A stretch of DNA of 64,000 bases from Tubulanus polymorphus (lineage: Eukaryota > Animalia > Nemertea). A model generated the notes under the pieces. That model worked only from the letters and a program-made list of their open reading frames with translations, searched no databases and had not been told where the DNA came from. A program made the position numbers and the translations under genes. The number at the start of each line of letters is the position of its first letter. The stretch's first letter is position 1. The stretch lies in NCBI RefSeq assembly GCF_964204645.1, contig NC_134028.1:6572001-6636000 (forward strand). The letters run 5' to 3'. This document shows, in pieces, positions 25,401 through 39,500 of this stretch.

Positions 25401-28400
25401 CAGCATCGATTCGCGATTCTGGTCACATTCTTCTTTAGCTGCTATATAGTCCTCGCTTTTATTGGTCGCGCTCAGAATTGCTACCGATTCGCAATATACG
25501 CAGAACTGACTCGAGTGAATATCACCTCTTAATAACAGTTGTCCAGTAACTCCTAAAACACTACGACAGAAAATTGCGCACAATGAAACCGCGATGTGAA
25601 GTGGTGATTTTGACATGAAATGTCCGATGTCGGCGAAAAGGCCCTCGAAATATTGCCGAAATGGTGTCCACTTACAACGCCGCGTGAATGGTTAATGCGG
25701 ACACACACTGGACCACACGTCTGCTGTCACGGGTTATTTTACCGTGAAAACGCATACCTTCGAAATGTCACGAAATCGTTGTTCCTAAAGGAAATAATGC
25801 GTCCAATGTCAACCGGTTCGAGTTACCCCGAATATTTTAATTTGGAGAAAACTTTTATGGATATAGTCGACTATATGACAACAAGCGAACTATCAAAAAT
25901 TACAGTTGCAAGTCAATCCAAAGAACCTTTCCACGTATCAAATCAGTTGAAAAAATCCCATCAAAATTATTAAATATGGGTGCCGTATTTTCGGTGGAGA
26001 TTGCACAAAAGTCCTTCCTCTCCAGAAGAGGTTGCTGTGGTTTTCATTGAAGTTTCATGGTCCATTCGCATGGTTTCACGTCATCCGTATAGATTGTTTA
26101 CTTTTTCGTACCCTGCAGACTATCTTCAATGTGAAATCGAAAAACCATGCTGAAAACATTTGAAATCTGATATATCAACCGTCATTCATTCCGATGATTA
26201 GCGTTCCTTACAGTTTTTTAAGGTGAAAGTAGCCTAACGTTTTTCATATTCAATATTATGCTTATAAAAATGAATACAGATTTCGACGGATAGATTTACA
26301 TCGGAGCCGCCGTGTGGTTTTACATCAAACATACGTCTGTATTCCGTATCAATTGTTAATGTATTAAACTTCAATCGTTCGACTGACTGTCTGTTTGATT
26401 CGTGATTTCTACCGATGATTTATGAAAATTCCAAAGACGCAAATTCAATAATTCGCTTGGAAGATAAGCTTATCTTTCACCAAGATGTCGCTTCGTTACT
26501 AACGTTTGCCATACGGCATCGTTTAAACCATCCGCGGCGTGGCTTTCGCTTTTTTTGAGCAACGAAACCCGTCCAATATCATTATTGGAAACCTGATGAG
26601 GGGGACGGACGCTGAAGAATCCTGCGGGCGACCGCAGATGCTGAGGCAACCGTTGGAAAAAAACCCGCCAATTCCGGACAAATAAAACGATAAAGCAATT
26701 AATGCCATGTAGGGTACAGAGAAAACAAACAATCGACCGTTCTAACAAGCAGAATCCGTGGTCGATTTTATCGGTTATTTGAGCAAGTACAAAATTGAAC
26801 ACTGGTCATTTCGATCTCCAAGACTTGCCCTTATCGTTTAAACTTGAGAAAAGCAGGTCAATCAATGAATGAAGCCTTCGAAAGTTGGTTAGCGATATCA
26901 ATTTATCTAATGACGGTCCACTTACTAACAATATTGTAATTTTGTCCTGAAATGGATTCGCCATTGATGGTCGAATGGCGCTGTTGGTAAGTCTATTTAG
27001 CAAAATGCATAAAGACTAATATGCGATAGATATCTGATTATCTAGCTATGCGGAGAGAGTGGGGGAGGAAGAGAGGAGAGGTTTGCTATACACGCTGATA
27101 AACAAATTGGAAATCTGGCCATTTCTGCATCTCTTACTAACGATGGATAATACATATCAGATCTGGCCCATCCATCAGTCCGGACCACAGTTCACATCTT
27201 CGCTTCGTGGCTTTTAACATTAGCGCGGTTAATCGTTGAGGCCAGACCAGAAGTTACTACGATTCATTTTTTTTGTAGAAGCGCTTTTGGGACGAATCAT
27301 TTTTATTACGAGTCCATCGGCGAATCATTTACAAATTTGGTTTGACACCAGGTTCGCCACGATCGCAGTTTGTTCCTTTCGGGTAGTCTCTTCCTTGAAC
27401 TATTGTAGGGTGCTTTTGAGGGGTTTCGAAGGAATATTGAAGCTTAAAAAGACAGATATCGCCAACCAATCATCGACGGTGAAACTAAGGATTTGCTTCC
27501 ACGTAAACATTCGTGTAGTGGTAGTAAAAGAAGGGGTAGTTCCGTGTAATCAGTTGTCGCAAGCAAGATAAGCATTAGTATCGTGTGGTCAATCAGATCA
27601 ATAAATCCACGAATAAAAACGCGTCCGCTTCATCGACAACATATCCCAACAAGCTATCGCGCCGGATTAGTTTGTTAAGATGTAGCGAATCAACATGGCG
27701 GATTTATGTCTACTGTCCAGACATGAAACGATCCCAGCAAATTGAAGAAATCTCGCGAAATTTAATCCCTAATTCTGCCCGGGATCGACGATATCGAGTC
27801 GGATCTGGGCTTCTGTAATTAAACACTTTTGCGGATTTGGAAATTGATCGTTATTCGCCTGGTCTAGTTAATTTGAACAATCGCGAATTAGGTGATTGAA
27901 CTGATTCGGAAAGTTACTTTTTCAGAGAAAACAATGTCCGAGAACTTTCTGTGATTGTTCAATTGGGTAACCATAAAGCTAATTAGCGCTGCAGTATTTC
28001 AGTTTGACCGTTTTCCCTGCTTTTGTAGTGATTCTTGGCCAAAAAAAGAAAGTCCAGCAAATGCTCTACATATTAATGTGATTTGTGAAACGAAACAGGA
28101 ACAAATCGTTCACTATCTTCATAGACAAATGGAGAGAATGACGAAAAAGAATTCGAAGAAAACACAAATAATTCTATTCAAAACTGTGAATTTTCGGTCT
28201 TCATCTAAAAAGCGTTAAAGAGGACTGAATAGAGAATATATACAGTGGAGACAGTTGGGGAAATGTGAGAGCCCTTCGTCCGGGGCGGCGGTAACCAGTA
28301 AACAGCTTATAATCCAAACGAGTAATCAGTGAAAATGTGTTTTTCTTGCGTAGTGGGAAAAATTCGTTCTGTTAAAGACATCAGAATATAGATTTTAGCT

Positions 28401-30384
28401 TTCATCGAGCTTAGCTATTCCATTCGATGCGCTGAGCGGCAGTAAATTGGTGAATTTTTTTATACGGGGAAAGTGTCTTTGGAATACTCGCATCAAAAAC
28501 CGATTGTAAGCAATAAAAAATCACCCAAGCCAATTATTCACCAACTCTTGCATTAATCTAGAATTTGATTTCATACAATTGAACTAAATTCTTGGTACAA
28601 GTCAGTTCGAAAATGAAATTGCACCAAGGCATTCCTCGTGGGCCAACAGAAGATCCTTGTTCCAGATTATAGGGCAAGTGCTTTCTATATTCTTACAATG
28701 AGTTTCGATATTCTTTTAAAATAAACGAATCTTCACGCCGAGTTACTTAAGACTGACTATATCAACTTAGCATATCATAAACTCGTTGATTACCGTTGAG
28801 TTTCTGTTGGCTTGTATTCTGTCAGGAAAACATGTTTCAACGCAAGGCTCCCACCGCGCGTTCACACGTTGGGCTAATTACACAGACTAATTAACAAAAC
28901 TGCGGACGATTCTAGGATGTTTGAACAGTGGTTGTTTATAATCTCTCTGGTTTCTCTGTTGAAAGTTACGAATACCTCTCGTTATTGATACCAAGTGTAT
29001 AGCCTTTGGTATTTTCGAACGAACCTCGAAAATGATAGACTTTCACATGTTTCCCTAAAAAGGAGAATGTCGGGAATTACTGTTGATATTAATTCCGTGA
29101 TTTTGAATCTCAATTTATATTCAGACTTGTACAACAGAACAAACCTGTGACAGTATAAACTTATTCAACAATCAACTAGAGCCTTTTATCCAATATTGAC
29201 AAATGTTTTCAAAGTTTTCAGGACTGAATATATTTATTTTCAGTGTAGTGCCTATCAATTTGTAACTGTACAATTCACGGGATGGTTTATAAAAGTCAGA
29301 ATATTCTATGATAAAATCAGTTTCACAGTTGACTTCTATCTGTCCGTGTGTCTTCACTGTCGCCGCCTTAGGAAGAGGGTTACAGTTAGCCTCCACAAGC
29401 TGCCCGATGACTGTTTCACGTCGTACTAATGGATTCGTCCATATTCACAAATATTATCCTATGAATGATAAAACAATATTCCCCTTGCCGAAAGTAATAG
29501 ATGATTTTTTTCTGAGTGCAAATGGGACATCGAATATATAAAGGCTTTATCAACGTTCCACTTGATGGGAAGCGTCTGCCATTAGTTATGATAATTTTTG
29601 TTCCAGAGCATCATTGGATTGTAACGTAATGCAGCCATTTGAAAGATTTTCCACGCACCGGAGGCTGTGTTTGTTTGTGCGACTACCTCTGTAGTGGCAG
29701 ACATTTCTCTTCGTCCTGTGTGCGGTTGATAGATCGTCAATTTCCTACGCCGGAACTGATCGATAAAGTAGCGCCAGTTGGCGTTTTCCTGTTTTGAATC
29801 CCGTATTTTGGATAATCGAGTTGCAGAAAAATGTCACCGACAGACACCTCTTGACAATCGGAAACTGTTGCCATCAAACTCCGGGTCTATCGATGTCAGC
29901 GAATTTAATCAAATAAAACCAACCTCTCGACTCAATTTAGCCGCGCGCATCTGAATGAGTTAGACGCAGATTACCACCGGTGCTCTCAAAACCGAGCTGT
30001 AAATTGCCCGAATTGCTTCTGTTTTGGAGAGCCTCTTGAAGGATGTGTTGCTTCTGCAAAGTGCGGTTATTCCCACAATTACCGTTAGCAGCGTCATCGA
30101 GAGCTGATATCTGCTGAAAACGTTTGAGGGCGTTACGGCCAAATACTTATCAAACTTCGACCAACGAGCCGGTCAATGTCCGTATGGGCAGTCAGCCTCA
30201 CAATGCCGTCGCGGTCGACTTAGATAAATCAATTTTGATATAAACTGGTTGTTTACTAGCTGTAAAAACCCGGTTTTAGAACATTGCGGTCCCTCGGATC
30301 AGAAGACACCAACGTTCGAAGAATCTGAATCCCGTCTTGATACGATTTATCTATATATTTTTTATCTATTTATCTAATGTATAA

Positions 30385-30577
30385 AGCCAAACGCACGCGG
30401 TACAGGGAAAACACGGAAACAAGAAGATAGAAACACGTTTCCGAGTGTTTCGTAAGTGTCGTGTGCGTTTACCAGATACGAGAAACATGGTTTCGGAAAA
30501 CAATGTCTCCGAGATCAAACACGTTTGATTCCGCGTTTCAGCGTTTCCGCGTTTCCCTGCGCCGTGTGTGTTAGGCT
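30385..30577. mobile_element. Same MITE family, copy 2 (a partial third copy lies at about 46501-46609)
   Basis: TAA|agccaaacgcacgcgg ... ccgtgtgtgttaggct|TAA. Shares acaatgt-tccgagatcaaaca-gtttgatt and tttccctg with copy 1. Confidence 0.7.
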
Positions 30578-31863
30578 TAATTCATCGATACATTATTCTG
30601 TTTAAAAAGGAAATAGAACGCGAAAATGAACGTGAGAACTTAGTTCGGTAAGAAAGAACTTAAATATCTGAGGAAAGAAAATAAATGGGAATCGTCTGCG
30701 CTTTCTTTGTTGCCGTTTGAATATTGATGTTTCTACGGCATTCTAACTACATTTCACAATCTGCGGTAAAAACAGTGGGATTTATTGCCGTATGTTAAAC
30801 GCCACATCAAACAGCGATAAAAACTGGTAAAAAACGGCTATTTATGGGATGGATGTCTATACGCTGGACCGGCGGAAATATGTATAGATGCGTAACCTGA
30901 TAACCGGTAATATATTTCCTGGTCGTCATTCCCTGTATGTTATCAAACCGGTATAAATATGAATTGAATATTTTCTTTCCCCGTCGATTTCATCAACTTG
31001 TGATACACAAATGGCTCAAGCACACAGCACTGCACCACAAGTCAATGTCAATGGGATTTACCTTCATAGAAATCCCGTTTAAGTGTTATCGATATCGATT
31101 ACATCGCAGTTAACGGTATTTCTTCACATATATTAACTAGTATCCGGACAATCGAATTAGAAATACGCCATTTTTTCTTTTTATGCACAGATGTAAAACC
31201 TAAATGGAACCGATGTCAGTATGTTTGCTGTCGATTCTGATTTACGCACTTACCCTTATGTTCGGAAGATAGGCCAGTGTTGATCAAGGAATGGTTAAAG
31301 CGTAGGTTTACATAATTTGTGTAACGTATATAGCACCAGTCAGTATGTATATATTGAGAAGTGTGGAAAACATACAGGAAATACAGGCCTGCAATTTTTT
31401 TAGTACCCGTATGATTACTGAACAAAAACATTACGATATGGGATGAAAATTTTTTCTAACGACTATTCTATAGTTTTTCGCTTTTATCACGAAGTTATCG
31501 TGTCGAAAATCAAAAGAAACCCCGAAATCCTTAGCATCGGCCTAATGAATCTAGAAAGGTCATTTTGTATTTCCCGAGAGTGTTTCTTGCTACCGTGTTA
31601 ATTTCCTAGTGAACCTATCGTTTTTCATACATTAACAAATCCAGGAATCATGTGAGTAATATTTCTTCGAAAGAGAATTTTCTCATTCCCCGGTTAATAA
31701 TGTTTGCAAATCAGTATATACTAGAGTAATACCCGTGGAAACCATCAGTGATTTTTTAGCCCAGAACTTTTCGATTTATTGGCCATGGAATTTAGTCAGA
31801 CCAATCAAAAATGATGTGGTATATGCCCATGCCCGTGGAGACCATATGAACTTTGATAATCTG

Positions 31864-32070
31864 GATTCGGTTCCACATTTGTAAGTTAGAGTTAACTCTG
31901 AGTTAAAGTTAGTTCATTTTCAATGAATGAACTGACTCTGAACTGTGGAACTGGACCCTGGACCCGGTTCCACAGTTGTGAACTAGAAGTTAACTCCGAG
32001 TTAAGATTTAGTTCATTTTCGATGAGCTAACTCTGGGTCAAATCTTAACGCAGAACTGTGGAACTGCGTC
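31864..32070. mobile_element. Head-to-tail dimer of a roughly 100-bp palindromic MITE separated by CTG
   Basis: Copies 31864-31957 and 31961-32070, each with ends like gacccggttccaca...tgtggaactgggtc. CTG at 31861, 31958 and 32071. Confidence 0.7.
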
Positions 32071-32946
32071 CTGTACTCGTGGAGACCGGAGCTATCGGGG
32101 GCGAAGAAAATTGTGACCACATGAGTAGTGCAGCCTACTGTGAATTTGTTTTGATACAGCGTATGAAATTTTGTTTGCCCCGTTTGGCCCCTATAGACAT
32201 ATTCACACCCGTTTATAGCGGTTGCATGATCGGCTACCACACCTAATTTCAAGGACCAATTCTTCTCCACTGCGACAATATTTGGTTCACAGTTTCGTAG
32301 ACAAAACCGCACTATCTAGATATTTCTGAACATATCGCGAAGACCATTTGAATATAAGCTTTATAGGTTTGTTTATGAACTGGAAGCGTATTGCTGGCCG
32401 TTCAGGAATTTCTACGACTCATTCGCAGTAGTTATGACTACTATTCGCCTTGATAATTGTGATTTTATTACGAAAATCTTCAACAAAATGATTTCGCTCG
32501 CCGACGGAAATGATCGACGAATATGTTTTATGGTACGAATGAAAAAGATGAACGAAGGAGATTGTCTATTTAGTATAGCAAATTTATAGATAATCCAAAC
32601 GTATAGTTACAGTACGTACAGTACGTCGTACTACCGGCAAATAGGTTTGTTTACGCCACCCACCATAACAAATATAAGATAAATACACCATCTCCTGATA
32701 TTATGAGAGTTTTATGGAATGAGATCAAGAGTTTTCATTTTTCATAAAAGCATTTTAGCCTGCGGTGGGTATCGGCAGTTTCTGCGAGCTCCGAGATCTC
32801 CCGGAAGTGTCGTCAGGTTTGTCTTACAGCCGTGTGTAAACGCGTTTGATAGAACAAATGAATACGAGAAAGCATTTCAAAAATCTTGAGGTATTATTGT
32901 ATTTCGTGAGAGAATATGAGATATCGTTTTCTTTTACGGCGCGGAT

Positions 32947-35900
32947 TTATTTGATAGATCTGCAGACGCTGACTAACGACTTGTTTCGCGTTATCTTGCG
33001 CGGCTGACATAGTTCAGCCAGAATCCACGGCACATATCGCGATACGGTCGTGTAGACACCCGGGCGGCGAGGCAAGGCACATCCATCGCCCCAACTAGTT
33101 ATACCTAGAATTAAAAAAGAAATGGTAGAATTCAAATGTCATTTTTTCGAATCTTCTTGCACTTTGAAATGCTCCCCAAGACCTACTTCACTGCATTTTG
33201 GGTTACTTTGAATACTAACATCGATGTCGAATACTTATCTTTAATATGATTGTAGCATTTCTAATAGCTCGTAAAAAGTTGATTTCTAACGGGACTTACT
33301 AGTTTCAAAGAAGGTCATGATTATCATAGGGATTGCTATTGTCACATTTAGATTACCTTGTAAAACCCATTTTGAGCCTGTCCTGGGATGCTTACACATT
33401 AGAGGTCCTCCGCTATCATACTACAAAACAATTTTGAACATTTCTTACCGTTCGGCTATATATCTCAAACAGGATTATAGTTATTGGGTGATTGACTTAC
33501 GTGGCAGGTGTCCACACCTCCATTGTTAAATCCAGCACATGTCATCAACTTAGGTTCCAACTTATCCCCGTAATATTTTCGACATGTTTGACCGCCTATC
33601 ACGGGCACTGTAGCTTCATTAAGAACTCCATCCCGACTAGTACCTGTAACACACCGACGAGTTGATTAGTTATATATCAAAAATCATTATGAAGAACATA
33701 CCAAAATGGTTACCGGTAATGAAACAAACATTGTAAATTCGTATCCGTGTTGCGATGATAACATATACACTAATATAACGCAAAAATGAAGTCCGCAATA
33801 ATTTTCTTTTCTTTGAGCTAAAATGAAATCAAAAACGTGTTCTTTGAACTTATTTTGTTTATTATCGACACGTTCAATCGATAAGCTAGATAGTAAAACG
33901 TTAACCATTGATGAAACACTATAGTGACGATAACATATAGAGAATCCGACACCAATACAACGAAAAAAATATTTCGGACATTTTTTGCAATAAACTAAAA
34001 TGTATGAGCTCAAAGAAAACGATTCAGGCTTCATTTTTTCTCGTTGTATTACTGTGGGATTCTCTATATAATCCCAACATGGTGTTCGTACATACCAAGA
34101 GTGAATCCCCAACCCGCTATAACGCAGCTTTGTCGTGGTATGGGCTTTTTCCATGACACGCATATCGGCGAAACGTAATCTGTAAACGTTACCGGCGATT
34201 TCAATTTCACTATCGCTATATCGTTATTATAATCATTTCCCCCGAGTCCAAATTCTGGGTGAATCGTCACGTTTTCCACCGCGATCATCTGCGTCATGGG
34301 TCCGCTCGTGTTCCTGGTGTCGTGGTTTCCTAATACGGCAGTATATAAACTAGCATTGCTATAGTCGAACATTAACGACGATCTAAAAATCAAGTAAAAA
34401 TCAAGTAAAAATTTAAAAAAAACGAAAACAATTTAGCGATGTATTAAAACATTTGATAATTCTAAACATGAATTCTGATGTTTTTACCCGTTAAAACAAT
34501 GTGCAGCAGTCAAAATGTAATTGGCGTTAATCAGAGTCCCGCCGCATCGATGGGTATCATACCAAGGTTTAAATAACAATGACACCTGCGTAAGATATTC
34601 GTGATTATTATCTAATAATTTACAACGTTTATTAACACTTGAAACGATTAAATCCGAAACTTTAAACCTGAATCGGTGAGGTTAAATTTTGGAACGTACG
34701 GTTTCGCTGGTATCTAAATACTTGACATCACGTATACACTACAGGTGTCTCAGAAAATGTGTTACCGAAGCTTTTAGACTAATCATTCATTAATAATAAT
34801 TGAAATTACTTTTTTGGGGGTAGATCTGAATGTTTACTCGAGGATGGAATATTGAAATGCAACGATAAGCCAATCCATGGCTGAGCACTACCGTGTTTTC
34901 GAATGGCTATGAAAATGGACTTTAAACCAAAATAATATATAAGGATTGCTGCGTATACCTGCAACGTTCAATTTGTTCAATTCAATTTTGAGCTACTATT
35001 TGCGGGTAAATTCCTTATCGTCAGTGGAATAGGTCAGTGTTGGTGCTACTTATTGAAATAACCCGTAATTGAGGTTTATCAGGTATGGTTTTTCACAATA
35101 TGCATAGGGTGATTGTGACGTCACGCGACCGGCAGACACTCTCACCAGATGGCTGTACAACTTGAACTTACCATCCATGGCCAACTTCCTGGAATAGATT
35201 CGTTTCCTCCTACTATTCTAAAACGGCCGTTTTCTAGGTTCGACGGTATGGCCGCATCTCCACATTTCGGCCGAAGATTGTAACCATCTGAAATATACGG
35301 TTTCATACACTCCGAGGAAAACAATGTATGTCTTGTATTTATCACCTATAGGTTAATGACTGTTTCCGATACGTTAGTCTTTGAAAATTTCGGTCATGGG
35401 ATAAAACAAATGTTAAATGTCGTTAAATCCTTCAGTTGTAATATATACCAAATCAGGGGCGAATCCAGAAATCTGAGCGGAGGGGGTCAAGCGCATTGTT
35501 TTCCCAGATATAATTTTTTGGATGCGAGAGAAAAGAATTTCATTCATAAAAATTTGGGTATTTCATACAGTAATTGCTGGCAGACGCCAAAACAACAATC
35601 GATAAAGATTTGAATCGCGGTTAGTTTCACCATCAATATGATTGATTTCACTTTCACTAAATTTCCGAGGGTCGAGACCTATTAACCCCCTCCATATACA
35701 GATACATGATTTGATAATAGTGTAATTTTTCTTACCAGGCAAAAATTAAGCCTATTGTTTTGTTATTTGATGTTAAGAACAATACACACCTTTTTCATAC
35801 ATCGCTGGCACGGTATCAGGCAAAACGTATCAACACTGACTATGAATATTTTTTGCACGGATGGGCAGTGACGAAATGAGCAAAATATTCTAGGTGCATT

Positions 35901-36039
35901 CATAAACCGGCCATTGGAGTGTTTTCTAAAGGTTCGGAAACTTACCGATATTTTTAACGGCTACGCAGGATAAACAAAACAAAACGAAACATATCCATGT
36001 GACTGGAGCGCTGTCATGTCGACATTGATTTATATTCAT
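32947..36039 (-). CDS. Secreted trypsin-like serine protease (S1A), 319 aa, 7 exons
   Basis: Exons 36039-35946 (signal peptide ...[13 protein letters not shown]), 35287-35172 (CG...R|IVGG...PGSWPWM), 34585-34488 (CGGTLI...TAAHC), 34382-34096 ([14 protein letters not shown]), 33643-33501 (CAG...VDTCH), 33420-33357 (YDSGGPLMC), 33104-32947 (GITSWGDGC...PGVYT, stop). All phases join, 960 nt. Confidence 0.96.
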
Positions 36040-36534
36040 GTCACGAATCAGAACTGATATTGTAATATTTCGGCTGACAACGTTATACTATAAAGGGAAA
36101 CTCGGGTTACTTTATCAACCGATGGCAAACTCAGATAGTAAATTCATTGGCAAATAGCAAAACAGCTGTCAAAATTCTAAATGTAAGGTCTATATCAATG
36201 AAATCATTGTGTATTCTACAAAATTGAATTTCAAGCCGGGCAAAAGGGTAAATTCCAATATTATTTGCGGCGATTTATTTGTCAGTTTAATGTCCGTTAA
36301 CTTTGTAGTCAGAACGCCGATAACTTTTCAGGGTCTAACCAAGGCCAATCGCTGACGTCTGACAATGTTTGTTCATCAAATTCTGTTCATCGGCGAACAT
36401 TTAAAACATTCATCATCCGAATAAAAAGTCTGAACAAGTGATAATTCTTTATCAACAGCTTTTATTAGTTTGAACGATTGAAAATAACAATTCATAATAC
36501 ATTTATTTGATTCAGTGCAGAATACACAGACCGT

Positions 36535-39500
36535 TCAACGCACTTGTATCATGTTGAATTTTCGACCTAAAACGGTTAGGATTTTATTCAAACATCACGA
36601 GGACCGTAATCATAGTTTAGTTTATACTTGCATCTAAAAACTGAACTGCCATAAGTCTTCCTCACTTACCAGTGTCGGAATAGATCGGAGGTAAATAGTC
36701 GACCATCGACATGGAAACGTAGTTGTTCAAACCGGAATTATCAGTATGGAATAGGTGCGATGATTCTATCTTTTGACTTTCTATTCTAGCGTTTTGTTGC
36801 ATCACCAATAACTGCGAATTCGTAAATCTGAACAATAGAAAAGAAATCCAAAATCTTTATGACAATAAAAGTCCATCGTGAATTAAAACAAACAGCCGTG
36901 ATAACGGCTCTTGGGCTCCGAAATTACCCTGGCCCCCTGACTTATGGTTGATGTCTTACTTGCGCTTCTCCAGGGGTCTATAGTCGGAACCCATTAGCGA
37001 CTGTTGCTGGGATTTATTCCCAACGTCACTTATATTGTCACTAATCCCAAAATGTTCGAATCGAAACGGCGCTACTTCTTCTGCTTTTCCTGCCGCTGGT
37101 GGTGAATGAACGCCGGAACTACTTTCGCCGGAGAAGTTTTCTTTAGCTTCCGTGCGGAAGCGTGATTCGCCGGATGAATCGTAGCCGAGTATGAAATGTG
37201 TGGATCTGGCGTCAGAGCGTCGATCACAACATTGCTGTCTTCCTGTCCTCGAGATCGATGGGTCAATGAATGCACCGACGAAATTGTTCTGTAAATGAAA
37301 GAATAAAACATTTAATTTTTAGGGATCTGATGATTTATGTCCGTTAGAACCTACCAAAACTTACATCATCAGTAGATTTTAAAATCAAGGTTCATAAAAT
37401 TGAACTCTAGCCAGCATTAGATTCTTATAGAAAATAACTTATTTGAAAGTATACATTTCGCTTGAAAGAGGGCGTTTATGTGAACAGTTCCTAAAATGTT
37501 TGAATTCTTTGAAGTGTTATCCGTCAAAATCCATTAATAGAACCAATGAAATATAATAAAACACGCATCACAAGTAGTTGAAAAAGCGAAAAAAATTACC
37601 CAACAACGCAGAACAAAATTACCCGAACGAAATAGCTGCTACAACAACTGTAAAACGGTTTATTGTGTACCTGATTTTCCGAACTCAGTTTTCTGCTATG
37701 TGACCTGGCATACACGTCATCAGACGTTAAGGGATTGTATTTAGTAATTTGAGCTCTCTGCGGCGGAAGTGGTCGGAACGTAATCGGAGGTTGCCTGTAC
37801 ACATCTTGAGAAACTACATAGAAAAAGAATTACGCACAAACTCAGTTAATTCAGCAACTCGGAGTAAGATACGATTTCCGAAGCGCTGTGGGTGAATGTC
37901 GTATTTCTAACTTTGAAATTAATACTAACGGGATTTCTGACGATCTTTGCTGTATTGCTGAGGATCTAGAGTAATCGCTACGTTCACTGCGTGTCGACGG
38001 ATCATATTTTCTTTAGCCGTATTTTTCGGCGCGTTCATCTGATGAAAAAGGTTACACCGTGTGAGAATATTTCATATTAAAAAACCTTTGAATAAGGAAG
38101 GCACAAATTATATACAGTACACAAGGGCCAAGTGTTTTTGACCCCTTTGCGTCCCGCCCATGTGATACAGTAAATTTCACCCCATCCGCAAGTGCAGGAT
38201 CGGTATTACACGAGGTCGAAAAATACCGAGTAGAAGATTTTATCAAAATTCTTACCTTAAGCCCGTGTAAACAGTGATGTTGTGTATAAACCGATTTAGC
38301 GTCATTACTACTTGTTAAATCGCGTTGTAAAACCTGCGATTTTAAAAGAAGGTAGAAAAAATATACAAAAAGGAATATTAGGAAATATGGCCAGACAGAT
38401 TTTGTTCTATATTGCACGAATCAGCCAACGCGAATCTGCTGTTAATAGGCGTTTTTCACCTGTGAATCTTCCGGTGGTGGTTGAATAAACGGTTTAACGT
38501 TTACCGTCGGGTAGAAGTCGTTTGAATAAATACTAGCAGGTGTTCCTTCCTCGTTACCTAACTGAAATAGATCGTAGATTGATGGATATATGGAGTTATC
38601 ATAATGTGAACTAAAAGCCATTCTTATCATAAAAAAACAACGAAGCAAATTCGAAATAAATAGAGACAGTAATTGGGTAGTTCAAACTTAGCATTGATTA
38701 CTCTGTTAGATGTATTACTCTTTTAGATGTATTCTGGCGCGTTATTGTAATCGAATGTTGGTTAACTTAACTTTAACTTTAACTCAAGATCACAATAGTA
38801 ATGGAAATCAAGGGTGGTTTATTTAACAACAAGCGAAATTAACAAAGAAAAGAGAAAACATGACAAATAATTGATATTTCTATCGGTGACAGTACGCAGT
38901 AAGAAGCACTAATTTTAGTTTCTGAATTGTCTCAATAGATGACCCAGGAACGCTCCTGCTTTTTTCCAAAATACGAGCATTGTTTGACCTTTTAAAGCCT
39001 GCTAAATCTCCGGATACGAGGATCACGGGTATATCGTACAGGAATGTAATTGGATCGAATATTTTCAAAATAATGGCGACGTAAGTGCGCGCAGTGGGCT
39101 TATAAAATTCACTTAATTCCATACGCTTTGTACTATCCCATCACGTAATCCGATTACTGGCATAATACTTACTTTGATATGAGCTACTGTATGATCCTGG
39201 TTCTCGGGGGTCTTTTCTGTAACGAAACGTCGATTCAGACAAATGATGCTAATTCTATACAGCTGTATCATAGATACAGCTAAAAAGTTAACTCTGATAA
39301 TTTCTCGTCGAGAGACCAACCTTCTTTGTTTTGTAACGAGTACTGTATCAATCCGGGTACATCGTCACCATCGTTTTCGGCATCCTTATCACCATCATCG
39401 TCAGCCGCATTAGAAGTTAACGACGTATCACTAGATGATGTTGCGGCCTTTATCAACATCGCTTTGCGGACATTTCTAAACCATAGATATTAACACGAGA

